DNA of 64,000 bases from Eledone cirrhosa (Eukaryota), in assembly GCA_964016885.1 (NCBI GenBank), contig OZ024741.1, forward strand, positions 386,322,001 to 386,386,000, in the 5' to 3' direction. Below, piece after piece: positions 11,255 to 24,501 of the stretch (the first letter of the stretch is position 1; each line of letters opens with the position of its first letter). Under the pieces are notes generated by a model. The model saw only the letters and a list, made by a program, of their open reading frames with translations, did not search any database and had not been told where the DNA came from. A program made the translations under genes and the position numbers.

Positions 11255-11520
11255 ATATATATTGTTATGCTTTGGGAGGGTCATGTTGCCAATAAGAAAC
11301 ACATGCACCAGTTGCTTTCACTCCAATTTATTATAAATTAAATTTATAAATTTAAGAATTTATAAATTTCCGGTTGGTTGGTTGGTTCCACAACCGGACG
11401 GTTGTTCATATATTGTTAAAGTTCTTTCGTCACACATTCTGTGACCTCTTCAGTGACTGGGGATTCTTTTCTTTGTTTTTGTGCCTCTCCTTTGTTCTGT
11501 ACTACGCCAAAATATATATT
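11255..11520 (-). mobile_element. Short non-coding element carrying a hammerhead motif (copies at ~22590-22830 and ~38790-39015, + strand)
   Basis: Shared terminal ttattggcarcatgrcc..aaagyataayaatatat and a shared motif agtca CTGAAGA g gtcac agaatgt gtgac GAAA gaac tt (11415-11458). Confidence 0.7.
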
Positions 11521-11679
11521 CCTTTTCTCAATTTCTCAATTTCTCAATTTCTTTCTTTTTATCAAATTACTGAAGCAATATTATGAATTATTTTACCCAA
11601 ATGCAGGTGTAGCAAATTTTTAAAAATTTTTATGTCATTAATATTTATTTTATATTTTTATTTATTTTTCATATTTTAT

Positions 11680-11726
<47 letters not shown>

Positions 11727-12015
11727 TTAACATTCGTTTTCCATGCTTGCATGGGTTAGACGGGTTGTCAAGTTATAAGACAACTCAAGTCAGGTGATCA
11801 TGTTTTGCTCATACGGATCTGTATTTTGGCTTGGTTTCTAAAGCTAGATGCCCTTTCTAATGCCAACCACATTACACTGTGTACTAGGTTCTTTTTATCA
11901 TGGTACCAAAATGACAACTTAACAAGTTGGACTGAGTGCTTTTTGTCATGTCACCATCATGACTACTTTATAGGATGGACTGAATGCTTTCTGTCATGTC
12001 ACCTGCATGACCACC
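11680..12015 (-). mobile_element. RTE-tail fragment or SINE with three diverged 48-bp-type units
   Basis: (CAT)n + ttaacattcgttttccatgcttgcatggg, gatgccctttctaatgccaaccac, then three ggactgagtgctttttgtcatg-like units. Confidence 0.65.
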
Positions 12016-13204
12016 CATTTATCTTTATTTATTTATTTATTTTATGTACATATTTACACACCTTTATCTATACAAACACTAGTTACCCACAGTAGCAAAT
12101 GTATAATCCCCAAATGACTTATCATATGATGTGTAACACTCTAGAGTTGTCATATTTGTTAAAATCAGCTTAAGTTAGATTAGTGGACTGAAGTGACAAA
12201 GAAATGAATCTAAGATTAAAGATGGAGTCAAGTTGATTTCAGTGAATTAGAGTTGTAGAGATTGAGAAGTAAAGGTATCAATCAACAAGATCCCAGATTC
12301 ACTTACTGAGTGAGGTGAAACTTGTCAAATCAGACCAAGGAAACAATGTTTCTATTACTGATACTATCTATCAGTCACATCTCCTAGCAGAAAGAGCAAC
12401 ATGAAATAAAGTGTCTTGCTCAAGAACATCTTGCCTGGTCTTGGAATCACACTCACAACCTCACAACCTCACAATTGTGAATCTAATTCTCTAACCACTA
12501 AGCCAACCACCTTCACTATTTTCTTCAACATTTTTTATAAATAGAGGAATTTTAAAGATTTTTGCCATCTATTTTGGTTGATTCAAAAAAGTTGTTTGGA
12601 GTTTGGGTTACATATATAGAGATGGTCATTTTAGGATCCTTATATATAAGATATAGGGAGATAAGGAGGATGAGAGAGAAAGAGGAAAGGTGAGAGAGAG
12701 GATGGGAGATTGAAAAGGAAGGAGAAAGAGTGAGAGGGAAGGAGGAAGGATGAGAAAAAAAGAGGGTGAGAAGTAGAGAGAAAGAGTGAGAGGTAGGGGG
12801 AAGGGTGAGAGAGAGAGAGGAAGGATGAGAGGGGAGGGAAGGAAGGCGATATATTCATTCCTGAGACCTGGTCCTAATTAAAGGCACCTAAGGGAGAGGG
12901 GGGGGGCGACCAGGTGGTAACATTGAATGGAATGACCTAACAAGGTCTATCTACGTCAAGTTCTGAGTTCACATCCTGCTGAGGTCACCTTGCCTTTTAT
13001 TTTCCCCATGATTTAATAAGATGAACTACAACAGGGCTGTGTGAGTAATGACACTCATCTCCAGCAAATTGGTGGCATTATGCCAATGTAAAATAATATA
13101 AAACAACAACTAAACAAAACTATCATTGTTCATCTTCTTCTTCTTCTTCTTCTTCTTGATGTAGCTATTATCGTTGGTTATCATCCATTTCTTCATCATC
13201 ATCA

Positions 13205-13780
13205 TTGTTATCATTCTCTAAAGCATCATCACCACCACCACCACCATTATCATCAGCACCAGTATACCATTCCCACAGTCATCATCACAGTCATCATCAC
13301 TGTAATCCTTCAGATCATTATCTTTATCATCACCATCATCATTATCACCACCACTACCCCCCCCCCCCCCCCCCCACCCCCATCATCACCACCATCACCA
13401 CCACCACCACCACCACCATCACCACCACCACTATCACCACCACCATCACCATCATCACCACCATCACCACCAATACCACCACCACCATCACCATCACCAC
13501 CACCATCACCATCATCACCACCACCACCACCACCACCACCACCACCACCAACACCATCATCACCATCACATCCACCACCACCACCACCACCACCACCACC
13601 ACCACCACCACCACCACCACCACCACCACCATCATTATCTGTAGCAACTAACTCCAACATTATACAGATCATTCTTATTATCATTATGTACCTCTTCTTC
13701 CTCGTCCTCGTCCTTTTCCTCCTTCTAATCATCATTATCATCATCATCATCACCACCTCCATCATCACCATCAACATCAT
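13205..13780. repeat. (CAC/CAT)n low-complexity microsatellite with poly-C tract
   Basis: Direct inspection. Confidence 0.95.
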
Positions 13781-14126
13781 TACTAAGGAAGGCAGCATTC
13801 ATTTGATTTCTATCACAAAAATGGGATTTTGTTTTCTTCCCTCCTTACTCCATTGCCCCCCCCCCCCCCCCAACAACCAATTTGTTAACCATTGCTAAAC
13901 CCCACTCGTTTCCCAGTTTATGGTATCAAGATATGCTTCATTCCAAGATCTATAGAGCTTCTTCTTCTTCTTCTTCTTCTTCTTCTTCTTCTTCTTCTTC
14001 TTCTTCTTCTTCTTCTTCTTCTTCTCTCTCTCTCTCTCATACACACATACCATATTGAACAGGAAATAGATGTACTACTTCAAGTTCATCAAATGAACAT
14101 GCATATGTGTGTATGTGTGTGTATAT

Positions 14127-14158
<32 letters not shown>

Positions 14159-17100
14159 TTTTCCATGTTAGCATGAATTGGGCAAGTTACCCTGTTGTCA
14201 GACAAGCCAGGTCAAATGACCATCTCTTGCCCACACAGAACAGGTTTTGGTTTCTATGGTTGGATGCCCTTCCGAACACCAACCACATTTACAGTGTCTG
14301 CTGGGTGCTTTTTGTCGTGACTCCTACACAAGAACTCTACAGTGTGGGCTGGGTGCTTTTTGTCGTGACTCCTACACAAACACTCTACAGTGTGTGCTGG
14401 GTGCTTTTTGTTGTGACTCCTACACAAACACTCTACTGTGTGGGCTGGGTGCTTTTTGTCGTGACTCCTACACAAACACTGTACAGTGTGGGCTGGGTGC
14501 TTTTTGTTGTGACTCCTACACAAACACTCTACAGTGTGTGCTGGGTGCTTTTTGTTGTGACTCCTACACAAACACTCTACAGTGTGGGCTGGGTGCTTTT
14601 TGTTGTGACTCCTACACAAACACTCTACAGTGTGTGCTGGGTGCTTTTTGTCGTGACTCCTACACAAACACTCTACAGTGTGGGCTGGGTGCTTTTTGTC
14701 GTGACTCCTACACAAACACTCTACAGTGTGTGCTGGGTGCTTTTTGTTGTGACTCCTACACAAACACTCTACAGTGTGGGCTGGGTGCTTTTTGTTGTGA
14801 CTCCTACACAAACACTGTACAGTGTGGGCTGGGTGCTTTTTGTCGTGACTCCTACACAAACACTCTACAGTGTGGGCTGGGTGCTTTTTGTCGTGACTCC
14901 TACACAAACACTCTACAGTGTGGGCTGGGTGCTTTTTGTTGTGACTCCTACACAAACACTCTACAGTGTGTGCTGGGTGCTTTTTGTTGTGACTCCTACA
15001 CAAACACTCTACAGTGTGGGCTGGGTGCTTTTTGTTGTGACTCCTACACAAACACTCTACAGTGGGGGCTGGGTGCTTTTTGTTGTGACTCCTACACAAA
15101 CACTCTACAGTGTGGGCTGGGTGCTTTTTGTTGTGATTCCTACACAAACACTCTACAGTGTGGGCTGGGTGCTTTTTGTTGTGACTCCTACACAAACACT
15201 CTACAGTGTGTGCTGGGTGCTTTTTGTTGTGACTCCTACACAAACACTCTACAGTGTGTGCTGGGTGCTTTTTGTTGTGACTCCTACACAAACACTCTAC
15301 AGTGTGTGCTGGGTGCTTTTTGTTGTGACTCCTACACAAACACTCTACAGTGGGGGCTGGGTGCTTTTTGTCGTGACTCCTACACAAACACTCTACAGTG
15401 GGGGCTGGGTGCTTTTTGTCGTGACTCCTACACAAACACTCTACAGTGTGGGCTGGGTGCTTTTTGTTGTGACTCCTACACAAACACTCTACAGTGTGGG
15501 CTGGGTGCTTTTTGTTGTGACTCCTACACAAACACTCTACAGTGTGTGCTGGGTGCTTTTTGTTGTGACTCCTACACAAACACTCTACAGTGTGGGTTGG
15601 GTGCTTTTTGTCGTGACTCCTACACAAACACTCTACAATGTGGGCTGGGTGCTTTTTGTCGTGACTCCTACACAAACACTCTACAGTGTGTGCTGGGTGC
15701 TTTTTGTTGTGACTCCTACACAAACACTCTACAGTGTGGGCTGGGTGCTTTTTGTTGTGACTCCTACACAAACACTCTACAGTGTGGGCTGGGTGCTTTT
15801 TGTCGTGACTCCTACACAAACACTCTACAGTGTGGGCTGGGTGCTTTTTGTCGTGACTCCTACACAAACACTCTACAGTGTGGGCTGGGTGCTTTTTGTT
15901 GTGACTCCTACACAAACACTCTACAGTGTGGGCTGGGTGCTTTTTGTCGTGACTCCTACACAAACACTCTACAGTGTGGGCTGGGTGCTTTTTGTTGTGA
16001 CTCCTACTCAAACACTCTACAGTGTGGGCTGGGTGCTTTTTGTCGTGACTCCTACACAAACACTCTACAGTGTGTGCTGGGTGCTTTTTGTTGTGACTCC
16101 TACACAAACACTCTACAGTGTGGGCTGGGTGCTTTTAGCCGTGACTCCTACACAAACACTCTACAGTGTGTGCTGGGTGCTTTTTGTTGTGACTCCTACA
16201 CAAACACTCTACAGTGTGGGCTGGGTGCTTTTTGTCGTGACTCCTACACAAACACTCTACAGTGTGGGCTGGGTGCTTTTTGTTGTGACTCCTACACAAA
16301 CACTCTACAGTGTGGGCTGGGTGCTTTTTGTCGTGACTCCTACACAAACACTCTACAGTGTGGGCTGGGTGCTTTTTGTTGTGACTCCTACTCAAACACT
16401 CTACAGTGTGGGCTGGGTGCTTTTTGTCGTGACTCCTACACAAACACTCTACAGTGTGTGCTGGGTGCTTTTTGTTGTGACTCCTACACAAACACTCTAC
16501 AGTGTGGGCTGGGTGCTTTTAGCCGTGACTCCTACACAAACACTCTACAGTGTGTGCTGGGTGCTTTTTGTTGTGACTCCTACACAAACACTCTACAGTG
16601 TGGGCTGGGTGCTTTTTGTCGTGACTCCTACACAAACACTCTACAGTGTGGGCTGGGTGCTTTTTGTCGTGACTCCTACACAAACACTCTACAGTGTGGG
16701 CTGGGTGCTTTTTGTTGTGACTCCTACTCAAACACTCTACAGTGTGGGCTGGGTGCTTTTTGTCGTGACTCCTACACAAACACTCTACAGTGTGTGCTGG
16801 GTGCTTTTTGTCATGACTCCTACACAAACACTCTACAGTGTGTGCTGGGTGCTTTTTGTCGTGACTCCTACACAAACACTCTACAGTGTGTGCTGGGTGC
16901 TTTTTGTCGTGACTCCTACACAAACACTCTACAGTGTGGGCTGGGTGCTTTTTGTCGTGACTCCTACACAAACACTCTACAGTGTGTGCTGGGTGCTTTT
17001 TGTCATGACTCCTACACAAACACTCTACAGTGTGTGCTGGGTGCTTTTTGTCGTGACTCCTACACAAACACTCTACAGTGTGTGCTGGGTGCTTTTTGTC

Positions 17101-20100
17101 GTGACTCCTACACAAACACTCTACAGTGTGGGCTGGGTGCTTTTTGTCGTGACTCCTACACAAACACTCTGCAGTGTGTGCTGGGTGCTTTTTGTCATGA
17201 CTCCTACACAAACACTCTACAGTGTGGGCTGGGTGCTTTTTGTTGTGACTCCTACACAAACACTCTGCAGTGTGGGCTGGGTGCTTTTTGTCGTGACTCC
17301 TACATAAACAATTTACAGTGTGGGCTGGGTGGTTTTGTCGTGACTCCTACACAAAGACTCTACTGTGTGGGCTGGGTGCTTTTTGTTGTGACTCCTACAC
17401 AAACACTCTACAGTGTGGGCTGGGTGCTTTTTGTTGTGACTCCTACACAAACACTCTACAGTGTGGGCTGGGTGCTTTTTGTCGTGACACCTACACAAAC
17501 ACTCTGCAGTGTGGGCTGGGTGCTTTTTGTCGTGACTCCTACATAAACAATTTACAGTGTGGGCTGGGTGGTTTTGTCGTGACTCCTACACAAAGACTCT
17601 ACTGTGTGGGCTGGGTGCTTTTTGTTGTGACTCCTACACAAACACTCTACAGTGTGGGCTGGGTGCTTTTTGTCGTGACTCCTACACAAACACTCTACAG
17701 TGTGGGCTGGGTGCTTTTTGTCATGACTCCTACACAAACACTCTACAGTGTGTGCTGGGTGCTTTTTGTCATGACTCCTACACAAACACTCTACTGTGTC
17801 GGCTGGGTGCTTTTTGTTGTGACTCCTACACAAACACTCTACAGTGTGTGCTGGGTGCTTTTTGTCGTGACTCCTACACAAACACTCTACAGTGTGTGCT
17901 GGGTGCTTTTAGCCGTGACTCCTACACAAACACTCTACAGTGTGTGCTGGGTGCTTTTTGTCGTGACTCCTACACAAACACTCTACTCTGTGGGCTGGGT
18001 GCTTTTTGTTGTGACTCCTACACAAACACTCTACAGTGTGTGCTGGGTGCTTTTTGTCGTGACTCCTACACAAACACTCTACTCTGTGGGCTGGGTGCTT
18101 TTTGTTGTGACTCCTACACAAACACTCTACAGTGTGGGCTGGGTGCTTTTAGTCATGACACCTACACAACCACTTTACAGTGTGTGCTGGGTGCTTTTTG
18201 TCATGACTCCTACACAAACACTCTACAGTGTGTGCTGGGTGCTTTTTGTCGTGACTCCTACACAAACACTCTACAGTGTGTGCTGGGTGCTTTTTGTCAT
18301 GACTCCTACACAAACACTCTACTGTGTGGACTGGGTGCTTTTTGTTGTGACTCCTACACAAACACTCTACAGTGTGGGCTGGGTGCTTTTTGTTGTGACT
18401 CCTACACAAACACTCTACTTTGTGGGCTGGGTGCTTTTTGTTGTGACTCCTACACAAACACTCTACAGTGGGGGCTGGGTGCTTTTTGTTGTGACTCCTA
18501 CACAAACACTCTACAGTGTGTGCTGGGTGCTTTTTGTCGTGACTCCTACACAAACACTCTACAGTGTGTGCTGGGTGCTTTTTGTCGTGACTCCTACACA
18601 AACACTCTACAGTGTGGGCTGGGTGCTTTTTGTCGTGACTCCTACACAAACACTCTACAGTGTGGGCTGGGTGCTTTTTGTTGTGACTCCTACACAAACA
18701 CTCTACAATGTGGGCTGGGTGCTTTTTGTCGTGACTCCTACTCAAACACTCTACAGTGTGGGCTGGGTGCTTTTTGTCGTGACTCCTACACAAACACTCT
18801 ACAGTGTGGGCTGGGTGCTTTTAGCCGTGACTCCTACACAAACACTCTACAGTGTGGGTTGGGTGCTTTTTGTCGTGACTCCTACACAAACACTCTACAA
18901 TGTGGGCTGGGTGCTTTTTGTCGTGACTCCTACTCAAACACTCTACTTTGTGGGCTGGGTGCTTTTTGTTGTGACTCCTACACAAACACTCTACAGTGTG
19001 TGCTGGGTGCTTTTTGTTGTGACTCCTACACAAACACTCTACAGTGTGGGCTGGGTGCTTTTAGCCGTGACTCCTACACAAACACTCTACAGTGTGGGTT
19101 GGGTGCTTTTTGTCGTGACTCCTACACAAACACTCTACAGTGTGGGCTGGGTGCTTTTTGTCGTGACTCCTACTCAAACACTCTACTTTGTGGGCTGGGT
19201 GCTTTTTGTTGTGACTCCTACACAAACACTCTACAGTGTGTGCTGGGTGCTTTTTGTTGTGACTCCTACACAAACACTCTACAATGTGTGCTGGGTGCTT
19301 TTTGTTGTGACTCCTACACAAACACTCTACTGTGTGGGCTGGGTGCTTTTTGTCGTGACTCCTACACAAACACTCTACAGTGTGGGCTGGGTGCTTTTTG
19401 TCGTGACTCCTACACAAACACTCTACAGTGTGGGCTGGGTGCTTTTTGTCGTGACTCCTACACAAACACTGTACAGTGTGGGCTGGGTGCTTTTTGTTGT
19501 GACTCCTACACAAACACTCTACAGTGTGGGCTGGGTGCTTTTTGTTGTGACTCCTACACAAACACTCTACAGTGTGGGCTGGGTGCTTTTTGTTGTGACT
19601 CCTACACAAACACTCTACTGTGTGGGCTGGGTGCTTTTTGTCGTGACTCCTACACAAACACTGTACAGTGTGTGCTGGGTGCTTTTTGTCGTGACTCCTA
19701 CACAAACACTGTACAGTGTGGGCTGGGTGCTTTTTGTTGTGACTCCTACACAAACACTCTACAGTGTGGGCTGGGTGCTTTTTGTCGTGACTCCTACACA
19801 AACACTCTACAGTGTGGGCTGGGTGCTTTTTGTTGTGACTCCTACACAAACACTCTACAGTGTGGGCTGGGTGCTTTTTGTTGTGACTCCTACACAAACA
19901 CTCTACAGTGTGGGCTGGGTGCTTTTTGTTGTGACTCCTACACAAACACTCTACTGTGTGGGCTGGGTGCTTTTTGTCGTGACTCCTACACAAACACTGT
20001 ACAGTGTGTGCTGGGTGCTTTTTGTCGTGACTCCTACACAAACACTGTACAGTGTGGGCTGGGTGCTTTTTGTTGTGACTCCTACACAAACACTCTACAG

Positions 20101-22496
20101 TGTGGGCTGGGTGCTTTTTGTCGTGACTCCTACACAAACACTCTACAGTGTGGGCTGGGTGCTTTTTGTTGTGACTCCTACACAAACACTCTACAGTGTG
20201 GGCTGGGTGCTTTTTGTTGTGACTCCTACACAAACACTCTACAGTGTGGGCTGGGTGCTTTTTGTTGTGACTCCTACACAAACACTCTACTGTGTGGGCT
20301 GGGTGCTTTTTGTCGTGACTCCTACACAAACACTCTACAGTGTGTGCTGGGTGCTTTTTGTCGTGACTCCTACACAAACACTCTACAGTGTGTGCTGGGT
20401 GCTTTTTGTTGTGACTCCTACACAAACACTCTACTGTGTGGGCTGGGTGCTTTTTGTCGTGACTCCTACACAAACACTCTACAGTGTGGGCTGGGTGCTT
20501 TTTGTTGTGACTCCTACACAAACACTGTACAGTGTGGGCTGGGTGCTTTTTGTTGTGACTCCTACACAAACACTCTACAGTGTGGGCTGGGTGCTTTTTG
20601 TTGTGACTCCTACACAAACACTCTACAGTGTGGGCTGGGTGCTTTTTGTTGTGACTCCTACACAAACACTCTACTGTGTGGGCTGGGTGCTTTTTGTCGT
20701 GACTCCTACACAAACACTGTACAGTGTGGGCTGGGTGCTTTTTGTTGTGACTCCTACACAAACACTCTACAGTGTGGGCTGGGTGCTTTTTGTCGTGACT
20801 CCTACACAAACACTCTACAGTGTGGGCTGGGTGCTTTTTGTCGTGACTCCTACACAAACACTCTACTGTGTGGGCTGGGTGCTTTTTGTCGTGACTCCTA
20901 CTCAAACACTCTACTTTGTGGGCTGGGTGCTTTTTGTCGTGACTCCTACACAAACACTCTACAGTGTGGGCTGGGTGCTTTTTGTTGTGACTCCTACACA
21001 AACACTTTACAGTGTGGGCTGGGTGCTTTTTGTTGTGACTCCTACACAAACACTCTACAGTGTGTGCTGGGTGCTTTTTGTCGTGACTCCTACACAAACA
21101 CTTTACAGTGTGGGCTGGGTGCTTTTTGTCGTGACTCCTACTCAAACACTCTACTTTGTGGGCTGGGTGCTTTTTGTCGTGACTCCTACTCAAACACTCT
21201 ACTTTGTGGGCTGGGTGCTTTTTGTCGTGACTCCTACACAAACACTCTACAGTGTGGGCTGGGTGCTTTTTGTTGTGACTCCTACACAAACACTTTACAG
21301 TGTGGGCTGGGTGCTTTTTGTTGTGACTCCTACACAAACACTCTACAGTGTGTGCTGGGTGCTTTTTGTCGTGACTCCTACACAAACACTTTACAGTGTG
21401 GGCTGGGTGCTTTTTGTCGTGACTCCTACTCAAACACTCTACTTTGTGGGCTGGGTGCTTTTTGTCGTGACTCCTACTCAAACACTCTACTTTGTGGGCT
21501 GGGTGCTTTTTGTCGTGACTCCTACTCAAACACTCTACTTTGTGGGCTGGGTGCTTTTTGTCGTGACTCCTACACAAACACTTTACAGTGTGGGCTGGGT
21601 GCTTTTTGTCGTGACTCCTACACAAACACTTTACAGTGTGGGCTGGGTGCTTTTTGTTGTGACTCCTACACAAACACTCTACAGTGTGTGCTGGGTGCTT
21701 TTTGTTGTGACTCCTACACAAACACTTTACAGTGTGGGCTGGGTGCTTTTAGTCGTGTCATCTACATGACCTCTTTATTGTGTGGACTAGCCACTTTTTG
21801 TCATGTGTGTGGGGATTGGACAGGCAGATCTAGGGGTGTATGTGTGGGATGGAGTGTTCGAGCATGTGTGGTGTGTTAGGATGTTGGTATAGTGTTCGGA
21901 CGTGTGAAGTGTATGGAAGTGGGAGGGGGAAGGAGGTGCATTACTATATATATGCTTCAACCTGTACACATGGGAAGGCAGGTCTTCTTTATTACTGCAT
22001 AATATCAGAGATCTTGATGCTCTCTCATCACCTTCGAGAGGTACAATTCTGCAAGGTCAGCTTTTATCACCTCATTTCAAGTCTTCCTAAGTCTTCCTAC
22101 ACCATAACTTCCATCAACCTTGAGCACCCTGCACCTTTCTATACAGCTGTCATCCTTCATACACATCACATGTCCATACCAACGCATTCTCCTCTCCTGC
22201 ACACTGCATCCGATTCCTCATATGCCCAATTTCTCTCTCAGTTCATTTACAATTTTCCATTCATGTATATTACTATTATACATCCCTCGAAGCATGCAAG
22301 CTTCATTTCTTTTCAATGTTTGTAGGTCCTTTGCATACACTGCCAAGGTCTCACTGCCATGCATCATACAAACTGCCCTTCATTTCGAGGGAAAAACCTT
22401 TTGTGTTTAGAAGCTGTAATAGCTCCCTGAACTTTCTCCATCCTGTTCTCACTCTGGCTATAGTACTTTTAGAACATTCACCTCCACAGCTAACTT
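14127..22496 (-). mobile_element. 5'-truncated RTE LINE whose 3' UTR contains the expanded 48-bp array
   Basis: 22496-21960 is RTE C-terminal coding sequence (ARVRTGWRKFRELL, HGSETLA, MRWYGHVM). 14127-14290 is the RTE 3' terminus ((CAT)n, ccatgttagcatg, ggatgcccttccgaacaccaac). Collinear with the copy at 6920-8138. Confidence 0.8.
14290..21805. repeat. 48-bp minisatellite array, about 156 units
   Basis: Consensus gtgactcctacacaaacactctacagtgtgggctgggtgctttttgtc, head-to-tail with no spacers. Two 47-bp units near 17300 and 17540. Confidence 0.98.
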
Positions 22497-22864
22497 GAGT
22501 ATGTTTTTATATATTTATTTATACTTATAAATAAAAACACACACACACACAGATATAAAGCACGCACAACCCAAGTACACAGCACACAGCACACAAAAAC
22601 AAGATGGTGTAGGGCAGAACAACGGAGAGACACAAAATAATAAATTAGTCACTGAGGAGGAGAACACAGAATGTGTGATGAAAGAGTTTTGGCAATAAAC
22701 AAATAAATAACCATCCGATTATTAAACCAACCAACCAACTGGAAATTCGTAATAGATTCAAGTGAAAACTAGCAGTTGGGTGTGTTTTTATTGGCAGCAT
22801 GACCATCCTAAAGTATAACAATATATACATATATATCTATATGAACATATATATCTATATGAAT

Positions 22865-23065
22865 ATATGTCGGTGACACAACAAAAAGAACCCAGTCCAC
22901 ACTGTAAAGTGGTTGGTGTTAGGAAGCGTATCCAGCCATAGAAAACCTGCTAGGACAGTTCTGTATGAGCGAGACACGGTCTCCTGACCAATCCCACATC
23001 AAGTGGAACAAAACCGTCTAACCCATGCTAGCATGGAAGATGGACATTAAACGATGATGATGATA
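22865..23065 (+). mobile_element. RTE 3' tail fragment (one 48-bp-type unit to (GAT)n)
   Basis: cccagtccacactgtaaagtggttggtgttaggaagcgtatccagcc..cccatgctagcatggaagatggacattaaacgatgatgatg. Confidence 0.8.
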
Positions 23066-23287
23066 TATATATATTTTACATTCCCTTTCACATGTATATA
23101 TATGTATATATGTCTATACCCAGGTCTCGTATTGATTTCAACACGGAGATTTCCATCCTCCCTGGTCTGGTTTAGCTTTGTTCTTCTCTCCTTGTGTTAG
23201 CAGGTTGATATGGTAGAGCTTGAAATTTTCCAATATTAAGTTTTATGTTGTTGTCCTCAGCCTATTTATATATGGCATCCAGATCTT

Positions 23288-23418
23288 ACACCACACCACC
23301 AGTCCTGTACACCACATCACACCACACCACACCACCAGTCCTGTACACCACATCACACCACACCACACCACCAATCCTCCCAACACACCACACCACACCA
23401 CACCACCAGTCCTCCCAA
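23288..23418. repeat. ~36-bp CA-rich minisatellite, about 4 units
   Basis: artcc anchors at 23301, 23337, 23373 and 23408. Confidence 0.8.
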
Positions 23419-24040
23419 TACATGGACTGACTGGTTCCATAGTTAAAAGTATCTTCTGTCTTATGGCTAGTTAATATATTTGGTTGTTACAGGAGTAGGG
23501 TGGTGAAGACCAGAGTCGTGGGGAGGGTGCTTAAGACCAGGGTTGTAGTGTGGTGGTGTGATGACCAGGGCAGGCTTAATGATAAGTATGGTGTTTAGAA
23601 ATCAAAAGCGACAGAAGTTATAATGGCTACTATGTCTTGTAGCAACAAATGCTTATTTACTCTCTATATATAAATGGATTGCATGTCAGTATTTTTGACG
23701 AATGGCTGTTCCAGTTGTTTCATCAATGGAACTATCTAATCTTATTCACTGAATTATAGTGAATGTGGCAGGGTAATTCCACACACACTTACATGTGCGC
23801 ACACACACACAAACATCCACACCACACATACCTCCCCACCCCCACACACAGACACAACATGCCACAAGCATATACACCATTTCGAATATAATCTTCTGGC
23901 AGACTCACTGGGACACTGTGTGTGTGTATGTGTGTGTGTGTATGAGAAAGGGAGAGAGAGAAGGCAGTTAAAAAGTAAAAGTTTGTTCTAGCCCAAAAGC
24001 TCATCAAGCTTGCGCTTATACCTGGTTTCCTTGGCATTAA

Positions 24041-24501
24041 CCCGTTACCATTTAAACCGGCCATATCTGGTCAGAATCCTCTCACATCTTTCTATTCATG
24101 GCTGAAGATATGGCTAAAGATTGCAAGCTGATAAAGTATCAGCCATCGATATCACACTGCTTTCTTAATAAGAACATATAAGCTACTTTTCTACTCACTG
24201 TGATCAGCAAGGAGATGGCTATCCACACACAGGAACAAAAAGGGAATTATATAAAATTACAATAAGAAGTTTTAGTTTAATCTTTTAGCATTTACATTAC
24301 TCTATATAAAGTATTGTATTTTGACAGTAAAAGCTTTACCTTACATAATTATCTCACATAATATCGAATCTATGAGATTTTGATATTATTTATTTTGAGA
24401 ACAATACCTTAATGTCGGTATGAAGGGCCGGTTGGGGCCAGTTTGAACAGAAAGCAGTGAGAATATTCTGGCCAGATATGGCCGGTTTAAATGCTAAAGG
24501 G
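24041..24501. mobile_element. piggyBac-type MITE (461 bp)
   Basis: TTAA at 24037-24040 and 24502-24505, CCC..GGG termini, ~37 bp TIRs (cccgttaccatttaaaccggccatatctggtcagaat) with about 3 mismatches. Confidence 0.85.

Noticed and set aside
13205-13798. Poly-Thr/Gly/Val ORFs
   Set aside because: Translations of a (CAC)n microsatellite.
14290-21805. CRISPR array
   Set aside because: No unique spacers, no cas genes, eukaryotic context.
14107-21879. Giant ORFs of 617-1483 aa as protein-coding genes
   Set aside because: They overlap in three frames, arise from a stop-free 48-bp unit, are broken by 1-bp deletions, and lie in an intron inside an RTE 3' UTR.
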